Shown here one piece after another: positions 38,189-48,398 of a stretch of 64,000 nucleotides of DNA. The first letter of the stretch is position 1; each line of letters starts with the position of its first letter. The DNA is from Candidatus Poribacteria bacterium (GTDB lineage: Bacteria > Poribacteria > WGA-4E > WGA-3G): NCBI GenBank assembly GCA_965198235.1, contig OZ240248.1:4992001-5056000 (forward strand). Direction: 5' to 3'. The position numbers and the translations under genes were made by a program. The notes below the pieces were generated by a model, which saw only the letters and a list, made by a program, of their open reading frames with translations, ran no database searches and was not told the DNA's origin.

Positions 38189-39019
38189 TTAATCAAACCT
38201 CTGAATTACGACGGGATCGCCCCACTTTAAGCCCAAACCTTCTTTAGCGTTCCCACCATTTATAGCAATTTCTAACAACCCACAGCTTCCGATGATTGCC
38301 AGAGGTTTGCCGACTCCAGATTCAGCGTAAGCACGGTTCAGCCGATTAAGTCTCGCACTTCCAACTCTGATTTCATATATAGGCATCTTTCCCGTAGACG
38401 CGCTTTCTAAGCGAGCAATTGCGGTTTCCGATATATTTGTTATTGCATTCCCAAATCTGTCAATTTTAACAATCTGCCCTGTCAGTGTATGACCGGAGAG
38501 TTCTGGCACTTGAATCGGTAGTTGAACGAGGGTTTGCACCGGCGGACCGATGTCATTAAGCAATACACCGAGCGATAAGTGTGCTGCAACGGGCGCGAAG
38601 ATATCCCTACCGTGGAATGTGTTGCTTACTTCTGACAAATAGTACGTACTGTTTTGAATCGCCACGGAATCTATGGGTTGTTCCCCTTCGTTCTCAACAC
38701 TATGCAATAGATAACTCAGCACGCCATTGTCGGGACAGACGAAAAATGCGCTGTCTGTTTGGCAAACTATTGCCTGTCGATCACTCCCTACACCCGGATC
38801 AACTACGATGATATGAATCGTTCCTTTTGGGAAGTAGTTGTAGGCAGCATAAATTGAGAAAGCCGCTTCGTAGATATCTTGTGGTGGAATGGCGTGTGTG
38901 AGGTCAACTATCTGTGCATTCGGATTAATACTGAGGATGACCCCCTTCATGATTCCGACATAAGTATCGATTGTGCCGAAGTCGGTTGTTAGCGTGATGA
39001 TACGAGGTGATTCGTTCAT
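38189..39019 (-). CDS. SAM hydroxide adenosyltransferase (DUF62)
   Basis: ITLTTDFG, VVDPGVG, SNTFHGRDIFAP, IDRFGN. Confidence 0.9.
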   Translation of the reverse strand: MNESPRIITLTTDFGTIDTYVGIMKGVILSINPNAQIVDLTHAIPPQDIYEAAFSIYAAYNYFPKGTIHIIVVDPGVGSDRQAIVCQTDSAFFVCPDNGVLSYLLHSVENEGEQPIDSVAIQNSTYYLSEVSNTFHGRDIFAPVAAHLSLGVLLNDIGPPVQTLVQLPIQVPELSGHTLTGQIVKIDRFGNAITNISETAIARLESASTGKMPIYEIRVGSARLNRLNRAYAESGVGKPLAIIGSCGLLEIAINGGNAKEGLGLKWGDPVVIQRFD

Positions 39020-39022
39020 TGG

Positions 39023-39823
39023 TTACAGGTTTGCTTGCATCCAAGCGAAACTTTTTCGTTGACCTGTGCCGTCGTTTTCTCTGCCTTCATACTCACAGCA
39101 CCAGACGCCGTCATAGCCTGCTTCTCTCAGACAGCGGATTGCTTTTGCCAGGTCTATTTCACCTTCACCGAGTGCCTCGCCGCGGTAATTGCCACGTGAA
39201 CCCGTCCCGTCTTTCAGATGCGTGTGCAATGTATAAGGGGCGACGATCTCGTAATATCTGCCCACGGTTTCTAAATCATGACCCGCCCAACGGTAATTCA
39301 TCGTGTCCATATTCGCACCGACATATTTGGAACCGACCCGTTCAAAGAGCTCTACCTGCAAGTCACCGTCATTTGTAACGATACCGTGGTTGTCCACTGC
39401 CAGGTAGACCTCATCACGTTCAGCGAATTCAAGGCATCGTGTCAGGCATCCAGCCATTGCTTCAACCCACCGACTTTCTGGGACAGCATCTTTTGCGGAG
39501 CCACCTTCAGTGCGGAGAACTGAGGTGCCGAGGCGTGTCGCAAGTCCCGATATGCGTTCCATCCGGGCAACTTGGGAGCGAATGGTTTCCTCTTCCAACA
39601 CAACGAAATCGTTCCCCGCAGCAAGTGCGGAGACTTGTAAACCGTAACCTTCAACCTGTGCTCTCACGGCTTCCGCATTTTGTTCAGGATTCGCGACATC
39701 CGAGTTCCATACGTCGCCAATCTGGAGCTCGACGTAGCCGAACCCTGTTTCACTGGTAAATTTCAGAAAATCGTCAAGTGATTTACTTGCGTAGTTGTAA
39801 TGGATAAGTCCTAATTTTGGCAT
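39023..39823 (-). CDS. Sugar phosphate isomerase/epimerase (xylose isomerase-like TIM barrel)
   Basis: AVDNHG, NMDTMN, HTHLKD, LGEGEID, EYE. Confidence 0.85.
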   Translation of the reverse strand: MPKLGLIHYNYASKSLDDFLKFTSETGFGYVELQIGDVWNSDVANPEQNAEAVRAQVEGYGLQVSALAAGNDFVVLEEETIRSQVARMERISGLATRLGTSVLRTEGGSAKDAVPESRWVEAMAGCLTRCLEFAERDEVYLAVDNHGIVTNDGDLQVELFERVGSKYVGANMDTMNYRWAGHDLETVGRYYEIVAPYTLHTHLKDGTGSRGNYRGEALGEGEIDLAKAIRCLREAGYDGVWCCEYEGRENDGTGQRKSFAWMQANL

Positions 39824-39950
39824 AAATTTATCTGCTCCCCTTTGAGTAACCGGATCCCATAAGATCAGTTAAAAACCGCTCTTATCGTGTGTGGCTAACC
39901 GCTGACTGCTGATAGTTCTCACTGCGAAGCATGCTGACAGCTAAAAAGAC

Positions 39951-39979
39951 TTGCATCAATTTAGTTGTTATGCTATAAT
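39951..39979 (+). promoter_or_regulatory. Candidate sigma70 promoter of the mqnE-mqnA-fur operon
   Basis: TTGCAT-N17-TATAAT with extended TG. Confidence 0.6.
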
Positions 39980-40082
39980 ACCTTTACTGAGGAATAAGTG
40001 TCAAGCAATTTTTCACTTTCTATAGCAAGTTTTGGCTTGCAAACTTCGTGGGAAAATGGAGAACCGATTAGGATAAAAAATA

Positions 40083-41219
40083 ATGGAGAACTATAGTCGT
40101 TTTACGGACCCCAAGTTGCCTGAAATCTATGAGAAGGTCAAGGCAGAACAACGACTCTCCTTTGAGGAGGGGGTCGCGCTTTATGAAAGCCCGGATATTA
40201 CAGGGGTTGGATTTATAGCGAATCATGCCCGTGAACGTCTAAATGGAAACGTCGCTTACTATAACATCAACCAGCATATTGATTATTCAAATGTCTGTAT
40301 TCTACACGCCCGGTGCCATTTTTGTGCTTTTGCCCGAAAAAATATGCAAACGGAAGGGGCGTGGGAAATGAGTGTTGATGAATTTTTAGACAAGGCGATG
40401 TATTCTATAGGGCACGGATGCACTGAGATTCACAGTGTTGGTGGGTTACATCCTAAATTACCTTTCGATTACTATTTAGACATCATCCGCGGACTCAAGG
40501 AACGGATGCCACAGGTACACCTCAAATTCTTCACAGCTGTTGAAATCCATCACTTTTCGCGTATCTTTAAAATGTCGATAGAAAAAGTTTTAGCCGAATT
40601 ACGGGATATAGGTTTGGATTCATTGCCCGGCGGTGGTGCTGAAATATTTGCGGAAGAAACGCGCGAGAAGATTTGCCCAGGAAAACTGAGTGCAGAAGGA
40701 TGGCTGGAGGTTCACGACATCGCACACCGTCTCGGTATTCCCACAAATGCAACGATGCTTTACGGGCACCTTGAGACAAACGAGGATAGAGTAGATCATT
40801 TCATTCGGTTGCGGGAGCAACAGGATAAGTCCGGTGGTTTCGTGACGTTCATTCCACTTGCGTTTCATCCTGCCAACACTCGCATGGCGTATCTACCCTC
40901 GACGACGGGTCTGACCGATCTTCGGAACATCGCCGTTGCACGTTTGATGCTCGATAACCTGCCGCACATTAAAGTTTACTGGATTATGACCGGCTTGAAA
41001 ACGGCACAGGTCGCACTCCGTTTCGGGGCTGACGATATTGATGGCACTGTAACCGAGGAAAAAATTACACACATGGCGGGAGCGGACACGCCAGAGGCTG
41101 TTTCCGTTTCAGCACTAACACACCTCATTGAGGAGGCTGGCTTCGTCCCTGTTGAGCGTGATACACTTTACAATGAGATCATTCGAGAGGGGAATCAGTG
41201 GTACAGAAAAGCCGCTTAA
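40083..41219 (+). CDS. mqnE: Aminofutalosine synthase (radical SAM)
   Basis: SLPGGGAEIF, NATMLYGH, HIKVYWIM, DDIDGTVTEEKITHMAGA; adjacent to mqnA. Confidence 0.85.
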   Translation: MENYSRFTDPKLPEIYEKVKAEQRLSFEEGVALYESPDITGVGFIANHARERLNGNVAYYNINQHIDYSNVCILHARCHFCAFARKNMQTEGAWEMSVDEFLDKAMYSIGHGCTEIHSVGGLHPKLPFDYYLDIIRGLKERMPQVHLKFFTAVEIHHFSRIFKMSIEKVLAELRDIGLDSLPGGGAEIFAEETREKICPGKLSAEGWLEVHDIAHRLGIPTNATMLYGHLETNEDRVDHFIRLREQQDKSGGFVTFIPLAFHPANTRMAYLPSTTGLTDLRNIAVARLMLDNLPHIKVYWIMTGLKTAQVALRFGADDIDGTVTEEKITHMAGADTPEAVSVSALTHLIEEAGFVPVERDTLYNEIIREGNQWYRKAA

Positions 41220-42037
41220 GGGTTGGCGCAGTCTCGTTTCTGAACACCAAACCGCTCATTTATTCCCTTTTGAACGAAGAAGTCCAAACGGATATTGCGC
41301 TGAGTGTTGATGTGCCAAGCCGCGTTGCGGCACTTTTAAGCAAAGGTGAGCTGGATGTTGGGTTAATTCCGATTGTTGAATATTTTCGTGCGAATCCTTC
41401 GCATACGTCTTACTGCATTTTACCAGATATATCAATTGCGTCTCACGGAAGGGTGAAAAGTATCCAACTATTCAGTCGCGTTCCGATTCCAGAGATTCGA
41501 CGTATTGGACTCGATACGAATTCCCGGACATCTATTGCGCTGCTTAAGATCCTACTCGCTGAGAAGTATCAAATCTCTCCAGCGTTCACAACTTGTAGAC
41601 CAACAGTAAATCCAAAGACTGCCCTTCAAAATCGCCAAGATCCGCCTTTTGATGCAATCCTTCTCATCGGAGACGCAGCACTCAGACACTTCGGTTCAAC
41701 TGAATACAGTATGGACCCCGGTGAGGTGTGGTATAAGTTCACGGGTTTACCGTTCGTTTATGCCTGTTGGGTTGCCAGGACGGAAGCGCATCTCGGTGAT
41801 TTACCGGAGTTACTCCTTAAATCAAAGGCACATGGTATCGCACGAATCCCAGAAATCGCACGGATTGAGGCGCAAAAGCTTGGTTTGCCCGAGAAACTCT
41901 GCAGCCATTATTTGCAACATCATATCAAATATGACTTGGACGAATCTGCGATTAAAGGTCTTGAACTTTTTTATAAGTATGCTGTGAAGAACGATCTTGC
42001 GCCGCCGTGTCGTCGTCTGTCTTTTGCGTCTAGTTGA
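41198..42037 (+). CDS. mqnA: Chorismate dehydratase
   Basis: GAVSFLNTKPL, SRTS, LLIGDAAL, TGLPFVYACW. Confidence 0.88.
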   Translation: MVQKSRLRVGAVSFLNTKPLIYSLLNEEVQTDIALSVDVPSRVAALLSKGELDVGLIPIVEYFRANPSHTSYCILPDISIASHGRVKSIQLFSRVPIPEIRRIGLDTNSRTSIALLKILLAEKYQISPAFTTCRPTVNPKTALQNRQDPPFDAILLIGDAALRHFGSTEYSMDPGEVWYKFTGLPFVYACWVARTEAHLGDLPELLLKSKAHGIARIPEIARIEAQKLGLPEKLCSHYLQHHIKYDLDESAIKGLELFYKYAVKNDLAPPCRRLSFASS

Positions 42038-42050
42038 AAGGGGGCGGAAA

Positions 42051-42551
42051 ATGGAAGCCGTTGAAGAAGCCACTCGCGATACAGAGTTCGCAAAGCAGTT
42101 TGAAGATTATCTCAAAAGTTGTGGACTCCGTTTGACCCAAAAGCGATTGGACATTTTAAACCAGGTCTTTGACTATCCCGGACATTTTCAGACAGAGGAC
42201 CTTCTGGTGCAGATGCGTCGAAACGGCTATCTGGTGTCGCGTCCGACGATCTATCGGACGTTGCCGCTGCTGGTAAGAAGTGGACTGCTGACAGAATTTA
42301 TCGATGCACAGAAGAACACTCGTTATGAGAGTATTCATTCACTTCGGGAGCATGCGCATCTTATCTGTCTTCGGTGTAGTCAGATTGTTGAGTTTAAAGA
42401 ACCGCAAATTGATGCGTTGCAGAAAGCGGTGTGTGAAGCGCACGACTTTAAAGCCGTGCGCTTCCGTAATGAAATAATTGGTTATTGTGCTGAATGCCAA
42501 GCAGAATTAGAGCCAAGGACACCTGATAAAGACGACGAAACTACTGCTTGA
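42051..42551 (+). CDS. Fur-family transcriptional regulator
   Basis: GLRLTQKR, SRPTIYRTL, HAHLICLRC, GYCAEC. Confidence 0.92.
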   Translation: MEAVEEATRDTEFAKQFEDYLKSCGLRLTQKRLDILNQVFDYPGHFQTEDLLVQMRRNGYLVSRPTIYRTLPLLVRSGLLTEFIDAQKNTRYESIHSLREHAHLICLRCSQIVEFKEPQIDALQKAVCEAHDFKAVRFRNEIIGYCAECQAELEPRTPDKDDETTA

Positions 42552-42796
42552 GCCGACTCCACGTTGTGGTTAGCAATCCATCCGGATGCACCGGCAAAGT
42601 CTTTTCGTCGGCTTTCTCGTAGTCTTCATCCGTAGGTTGATATTCCAGGTCACTGGACCAGCAGAAAACATCGTACTGGACCTGGAGCGAACTCTGCCGT
42701 GTCCATATCATCATGACGTTCTCACCGTCTTGTAAATGGCTGGACCAGCAGAAGACAGAGGGTTAAACCGAGCGTTAATTGGAATCTCTGAAGCAT
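42541..42796 (-). pseudogene. Internally deleted/frameshifted secreted protein with TWG tail (absent from the ORF track)
   Basis: AAGGAG, then ATG 42796 MLQRFQLTLGLTLCLLLVQPFTRR*; another frame ends ...EKTLPVHPDGLLTTTWSRLKQ* (TAG 42543-42541). Confidence 0.65.
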
Positions 42797-42864
42797 TATG
42801 CATTCTCCTTCATTTGTTTTGAGTCAGTTTAAACGAATTAAGGGAGATTGTAAACTTTAAAAAT

Positions 42865-42893
42865 TTGACAATCGTCTGGAAATATCGTATAAT
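42865..42893 (+). promoter_or_regulatory. Consensus sigma70 promoter of iscU-iscA
   Basis: TTGACA-N17-TATAAT. Confidence 0.8.
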
Positions 42894-42960
42894 TGCAAAA
42901 ACAGGTTTCTTTCTAATAAAATTATAGACGTGCCTTCTTCTGCGATGCGGGAAATGTCCC

Positions 42961-43341
42961 ATGTATACGCCACAGGTGACCGAACATTACGAAAACCCGC
43001 GCAATATCGGAACTATCGTCGATGCTGATGGCACTGCCAGTGTCGGTTCTCCGGCTGACGGTGAGATGATAAAACTGACACTCAAAATATCGAATGACGT
43101 GATCGTTGCAGCGAAATTTCGAGCCTTCGGTTGCCCTACCGCTATCGCGAGTGCTTCGATCCTCACTGAACTGATTATAGGCACTCAGGTCCCGGAGGCA
43201 TTGGAAATTACTGCTGTGCAGCTTTCTGATGCGTTGGGAAGACTGCCGCTGGATAAACAACGTTACGCGAACACTGCTGAAAAAGTCCTAAAAATGGCAA
43301 TTGCTGATTTTCTGTCCAAGAAGGAGGGGCAGTCATCATGA
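42961..43341 (+). CDS. IscU/NifU-N-like scaffold protein with atypical ligand set
   Basis: EHYENPRNIG, FRAFGCPTAIASAS; only one Cys. Confidence 0.8.
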   Translation: MYTPQVTEHYENPRNIGTIVDADGTASVGSPADGEMIKLTLKISNDVIVAAKFRAFGCPTAIASASILTELIIGTQVPEALEITAVQLSDALGRLPLDKQRYANTAEKVLKMAIADFLSKKEGQSS

Positions 43342-43667
43342 TTACTGTCACAGAATCTGCCGCGCAAAAAGCGGTCGCTCTCATTAGCCACAGTGAAGCT
43401 CCAGCTGAATCCGAACTCGGCTTGCGGATGCAGGTTATCGGCGGTGGATGCTCCGGTTTCCAATATAATCTTGAGCTTGGTGCCGCGAAAGGGACCGACA
43501 AAGTTTTTGAATTTCACGGCTTGAAAGTTTTCATCGATCCTCGTAGTACGCTCTATCTCGCAGGCTCGGTACTCGACTATAACGATGGGTTGATGGATTC
43601 AGGCTTTAAAATAACAAATCCGAACGCTAAAAATACATGCGGTTGTGGTGAGTCGTTTAGCGTTTAA
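43338..43667 (+). CDS. A-type Fe-S carrier (IscA/ErpA/HesB family)
   Basis: GGGCSGFQY, NPNAKNTCGCGESF. Confidence 0.93.
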   Translation: MITVTESAAQKAVALISHSEAPAESELGLRMQVIGGGCSGFQYNLELGAAKGTDKVFEFHGLKVFIDPRSTLYLAGSVLDYNDGLMDSGFKITNPNAKNTCGCGESFSV

Positions 43668-43723
43668 CTGGTTTGGTCTGTTCTGCAGCAGATAACCGGT
43701 TTTTAAAATATCGATCTCCGTTC

Positions 43724-43765
43724 AAGCGCGCCTGAAAGTTTCTATGGCTTTACAAGCGCGCTTTT
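43724..43765. terminator. Probable terminator between convergent genes
   Basis: AAGCGCGC...GCGCGCTTTT inverted repeat. Confidence 0.55.
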
Positions 43766-43803
43766 CGGTAATTGGGTATCCCAATAGATTTCATTCGTTG
43801 GTG

Positions 43804-45150
43804 TTACACCCACGAAGATCCTAACTCGTGCACCTTCAATGATACTATAGTTACTGGATTTCCCTCCGTGTAGATTCCGATATCTGCGTTCTCCTGATCT
43901 GGGAGGAAATAGGATGTCATTGAGAGCTTACCATCGTCTCCGAATGCTTCGATAGAAATACGGTCGACTAAAATTTGCAAGCGGATTTTCCCATTTTGTG
44001 GCGCGAGGGGTCCGCTCTTTTCTAAGAATGTTAGTTGCTGCGATTCAACATCGTAACGGACATCCTGCCCGCGAATTTTGAAACCAACGGCGGTAGCATC
44101 GTTCAGGGCTATTTCAGCACGGATGTCGAACAACTCACCCGTCAGTCCAGAAAGCGGATCTTCATCCGGCTTGAGCGGGAGATCGCTCCACGCGTGCGTA
44201 TACATGTGGATATTTTCGATCTCTGAGACCGGTTCTCGATGTAGACGTATACCTTCTGGAGTCGTCCGAAGGGTCAACTTGCACGGAAAGCTCATCTGTT
44301 GATTAAAAGGCATATCCGGTGGGTTACTGCCACTCATCCAAGCGATTTGAATACGTCTGCCATCGGATTCTGGGACATCGCTCCATGTTTGCGCTGCATA
44401 GAAGTTGGCACCGTAGTCAGAGCGTTGTGCGTCCCTTTCCGGAGTAAAGGTCGTTCCATCGAAATTACCGACGTAATATTTCCCTGCCGCACCCCAGAAA
44501 ACCCATTTGGTATTATCGGGATCACCGTCAACGGGAAGCTCAAAGATGTCGGGGCATTCTGTGTCGGGAATCTGTAAGTCGGATAACCGTGTCCACTCCT
44601 TAAGGTTTGTCGAACCGAATAAGGTGTAGTCATTTTGGTCAAGATAGAGAGCCATCACCCACTTTTGCGTCGGTTCGTGCCAGATCACCTTGGGGTCGCG
44701 GTTACTCCCGACAAGATGTTCAATCACGGGATTCCCTTCATATTTTGTCCAACTTCGTCCGCGATCGTTGCTGTAGGCGATACTTTGTGTAAATGGAACC
44801 TCTTTCGGAGCGTGGCTGCCTGCCGACGTGTAAAAATTGACGAGTACCGCCTCGTCGCCGGTCTGAAAACCACCGGTATTCTTCCAGTCCACGACACCAG
44901 AGCCGGAGAAGATTGTACCGAGTTCATCTGGATGGAGGGCATGCGGAAGTTGCTTCCAGTGGACGAGGTCTGTGCTGACAGCGTGTCCCCAGGTCATATT
45001 GCCCCAATCGATACCGGATGGGTTGTGTTGGAAGAAGAGGTGAAATTCGCCTTTGTAGTGGATTAAACCGTTCGGGTCGTTAGTCCAATTGGTTTTCGGT
45101 GTAAAGTGGAACTGTGGACGATACGCTTCCTTGTAAGCCGTTTGAATCAT
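43804..45150 (-). CDS. Glycoside hydrolase family 32 (levanase/beta-fructosidase)
   Basis: WTNDPNG, WGHAVS, FSGS, RDPKV, ECPD. Confidence 0.93.
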   Translation of the reverse strand: MIQTAYKEAYRPQFHFTPKTNWTNDPNGLIHYKGEFHLFFQHNPSGIDWGNMTWGHAVSTDLVHWKQLPHALHPDELGTIFSGSGVVDWKNTGGFQTGDEAVLVNFYTSAGSHAPKEVPFTQSIAYSNDRGRSWTKYEGNPVIEHLVGSNRDPKVIWHEPTQKWVMALYLDQNDYTLFGSTNLKEWTRLSDLQIPDTECPDIFELPVDGDPDNTKWVFWGAAGKYYVGNFDGTTFTPERDAQRSDYGANFYAAQTWSDVPESDGRRIQIAWMSGSNPPDMPFNQQMSFPCKLTLRTTPEGIRLHREPVSEIENIHMYTHAWSDLPLKPDEDPLSGLTGELFDIRAEIALNDATAVGFKIRGQDVRYDVESQQLTFLEKSGPLAPQNGKIRLQILVDRISIEAFGDDGKLSMTSYFLPDQENADIGIYTEGNPVTIVSLKVHELGSSWV

Positions 45151-45301
45151 TAACTATTTCCTTTCCGTTTTGAAAATGTAAAGAGATACGCGCCTTTTTC
45201 GCTGTTTTGCACACTATTCTATGCATGTTTTTTATTTTGTCAAGTGTGCCTTCTTGTTCTTTGAGACCATTTAGTCTTCCCTATTATAAGCCCAACGGTT
45301 C

Positions 45302-45370
45302 AGGGAAACTATTTATTGCCAATCAACACGCATTAAGGAACGTGCGATGAATCGCACGACTACAAACACA
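45302..45370. repeat. GTAG-type REP doublet (degenerate left arm)
   Basis: 33 nt identical to 25630-25662; upstream AGGGAAAC.ATT.ATTGCC also shared. Confidence 0.8.
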
Positions 45371-45525
45371 CTCGACGGATAGCCTCTAATCCGCTGACCT
45401 TTGTGAAGGTGCATCCGAAAATGTGTATGAGTGGTAAAATTGAATCACTTTACTTACCCGACACTTTTCGCGGTAAAATTTCCGTGGAACCTGAAGCGGA
45501 ATAGCTGCAGTAACGGAGGCAGATA

Positions 45526-47067
45526 GTGATAAACCTTTGTAATGTCCTAAATAGTTCGATACGTCTACAGGTGCAGGCACATTGGGAACCGATTGCGGAT
45601 TCTACGTTTCGTATGCACAAGACATCGCCAGAACACGTTGAACTCTTCGATCTGTCACCAAACCATCCTGTCAAAGAATACAGGACAGACGCTTTCAAGG
45701 CATTTCTTCCGTCATCAACTGTAGGGGTGGGTGATGTTTGGGAACTTGATCCGAACAGTGTTGTCTCTTTCCTGCGCCAGTTTCATTCCGGTGTGACCAC
45801 ACCCGTATATCACGGTGCGGAGGGTGCGTTCGCCTGCTTACGTGCTTTTTCGTCAGTTTACGCTGAGATTGTTTTCCGAATTCATGCGGACTTCACGTTG
45901 GAAAGCGTCGCTTATGAGAAGTGGCGTGCCGCCAACGCCTCGGAGGACGACGATAATAAATCCCGTTTTGTCCCCTCCCATTTCGTCGGACGATTGTTAA
46001 TCAATTTGAAAGAAGGAACGGTTCGGGTGTTTTCGCTCTATCTGCCGGCACGCAATAGTAACGTTGTCATCAGTGCTTTTGGCGGTATTGATATGGTTTA
46101 TGTGCCGCGTATGGAACTCCTCGCTACGGACGAGACCGACAAAGACGAGATCGCGTGGGATGCTGCTATTACAACGGAAGAGGCACACCGGATGTTGGAA
46201 TTGAAGTTCTATAAATTCGCTGAGATTGATTGGCTACCGATTGATGAGGCAGTTGCACAGGCGAAAGCGACCAATCGTCCGATCCATGCAATCCTCGTCT
46301 GGGGGTGTTTAGACGATGAATCCTGCTGAGCGAACGGCAAATATTTGAGGGCGGGTCCGCTCTCCGATTCAGAAGTGATAACAACGCTCAACGAGAAGTT
46401 TGTCAATACATGGGTGCTCCTCCGGGAATTGCCAGAACTAATAGGTGGTGCGAAAGGCGAGGCGGTCAGCCTCGTCGCAAAAGAGATAAAACGCCACTAC
46501 ACTGACTCTGTAGATATTCTGGCACTCACCCCCGATGCGGAAGTTATCATGCATCAGCCGGAGATGGCTCTACCGTACAGGAACCAGGCGCAAGCGTATC
46601 TAAAAGTGTTACAGCATGCTGTGGACGCATTTGAAGGGAGACGCACCCGTGTAGGCAACGCGTCAAAATTAGATCGGAACCCGATCAGCTTGGGGACGGA
46701 GTTGATGGAGGTTTTACACGTTTTTAGCACATCCGACACCAATACCCCGACTTACACAGTTATTGAAATTGATACGACACCGTTTGAACGCGGTGGGATC
46801 CTCCACATTGAAATACATGTGGGTGAGAACAGGTTGGCAGGAACGTTTGAATTGTTTGATGCAGATACCGAAATTTCTACAAAAAATGATGAAGATGAAA
46901 CTCTGGATGGTGCATGGAACGTTTCATCCGGTGGTGTAGGGCACATCTTTCACGATTTTAGTCGGGGTCGGCGTTTCAAGTTAGTCGCTACAGGGGCAAA
47001 CAACCAAAAGAGTGTTTCCAATGCTTTTCTGGCACGTGTCTCTATCGTCCCACCGTTTGAAAAATAG
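45526..47067 (+). CDS. Selenoprotein N-like protein 1, Sec at TGA 46327-46329 (~513 aa)
   Basis: ORFs 45526-46329 and 46345-47067 are in frame; read-through gives VWGCLDDESC-U-ANGKYLRAGPLSDSEVITTLNEKFVNTW; GGAGG RBS before GTG; hairpin downstream of TGA. Confidence 0.8.
46347..46364 (+). promoter_or_regulatory. Candidate bacterial SECIS element
   Basis: GAGGGCG-GGTC-CGCTCTC hairpin with GU in the loop, 17 nt after TGA. Confidence 0.7.
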
Positions 47068-47200
47068 CCCATATTATTCCAACCTACCTGTCAACGCGTG
47101 CCTGCCTATCTACGTTTCTATGAAATACATGCCGAATCGGTGGTGTTGTGTCTGTTCTATTAGGTTTGTGTCCGATTTTCCCTGATTTTTTGAAGAATTA

Positions 47201-47229
47201 GGCAACTTTCTTGTCCGTTACCCGCGTCA
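47201..47229 (+). promoter_or_regulatory. Candidate ECF sigma promoter, copy 1
   Basis: GAATTA-GGCAAC-N18-CGTCA-CTATAT. Confidence 0.7.
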
Positions 47230-47357
47230 CTATATATTGATATGGGAATCTACGCGAACAGAAACTTTCCGCGGGGAGGGTGTTTACATAGATATTTCCC
47301 GTAATTTAGTGTCGGGTAAAATCAAACATCAAGACTCATTTTAGTAGGAGGCACCCT

Positions 47358-48398
47358 ATGAAACATAAGTCGGTTTCTCCTTTTTTAGGAGTTGGAGGCT
47401 GCACCAAATTTCTAATATTCAGTTATGCTATCAGTGCCCTACTCATGTTCAGCGGCAGCACTGCTGTATGGGCAAAAGCCCCGGAGACAGCGAAAATTAC
47501 ATTTATGTCAAAGCGGGACGGTAACGCTGAGATCTATATCATGAACCCCGACGGGAGTGAGCAAGTCAATCTCACCCAACATCGTGCAGCCGATTATACA
47601 CCAGCCTGGTCGCCAAACGGGAAACAGATATTGTTCAGCTCAGATCGAGATGGAATTTTTGATTTGTATCTTATGGACGCAGATGGCACAAATGTCCGGA
47701 AGGTGTTCGCAAGCAGCAAATACAGATGGGAGCCTGCCTGGTCGCCCGATGGTAAACGAATTGCCTATGCACAAGGAGATCCAGGAAAGGCAAAACTACA
47801 GTTTGGGTTACGATTTGTCCCTTACGCCGATCTCACACTTTACATCGCAACACTAAATGGAGACTCCGTTGAGAAATTGACGGATGGATTTGGTCCGAGT
47901 TGGTCTCCTGATGGACACGAGATAGCCTTTGTGGTGGGTGGTCGCAAAAGTACACTACTGGGTATTTACGACTTGAGGAAACGTTCCCAAAAAACGCTCA
48001 TCTCAAAGAAGATGCCGTGGATATTTGATCCCAGCTGGTCTGCACAGGGTGACAGAATAGCTTTCGCGAAACTCGAGGGTGCTGCGTTTGATGCACAAGG
48101 TTTTCTTAGGTTTAAGAAGGGTACGATTTACACCATAGATAGTGCTGGGGGTGGACTTCATCAGATTACCGACGAGAACTCTTCTGACCCAACCTGGTCC
48201 CCAGATGGCAGCGAACTCATTTACAACTCTCGGGTGGGTTTTTCGCAACTCTTCAGAACGGGCTTGAACGGCGACAATCCAACACAACTGACGCATGACG
48301 GAAGTAATTTGAGTCCAGATTGGTTTGACCCCTTTTATAGCGTTTCGCCGTCGGCGCAATTGTTAACGACGATGTGGGGAAAAATCAAAGTGGATTAA
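47358..48398 (+). CDS. Secreted TolB-like PD40 beta-propeller with TWG tail
   Basis: Repeated PAWSPDG motifs; tail [16 protein letters not shown]. Confidence 0.88.
   Translation: MKHKSVSPFLGVGGCTKFLIFSYAISALLMFSGSTAVWAKAPETAKITFMSKRDGNAEIYIMNPDGSEQVNLTQHRAADYTPAWSPNGKQILFSSDRDGIFDLYLMDADGTNVRKVFASSKYRWEPAWSPDGKRIAYAQGDPGKAKLQFGLRFVPYADLTLYIATLNGDSVEKLTDGFGPSWSPDGHEIAFVVGGRKSTLLGIYDLRKRSQKTLISKKMPWIFDPSWSAQGDRIAFAKLEGAAFDAQGFLRFKKGTIYTIDSAGGGLHQITDENSSDPTWSPDGSELIYNSRVGFSQLFRTGLNGDNPTQLTHDGSNLSPDWFDPFYSVSPSAQLLTTMWGKIKVD

Noticed and set aside
38189-39019. SAM-dependent halogenase next to trpS (halogenated metabolite idea)
   Set aside because: It carries TFHGRD, typical of DUF62 SAM hydrolases rather than chlorinases/fluorinases; no biosynthetic cluster around it.
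46327-46329. Treating the TGA-split ORFs as pseudogenes or an alternative genetic code
   Set aside because: The TGA is at the same aligned Cys-adjacent position in both paralogs with hairpins, while other genes (polA, mqnA, fur) use TGA as a normal stop.
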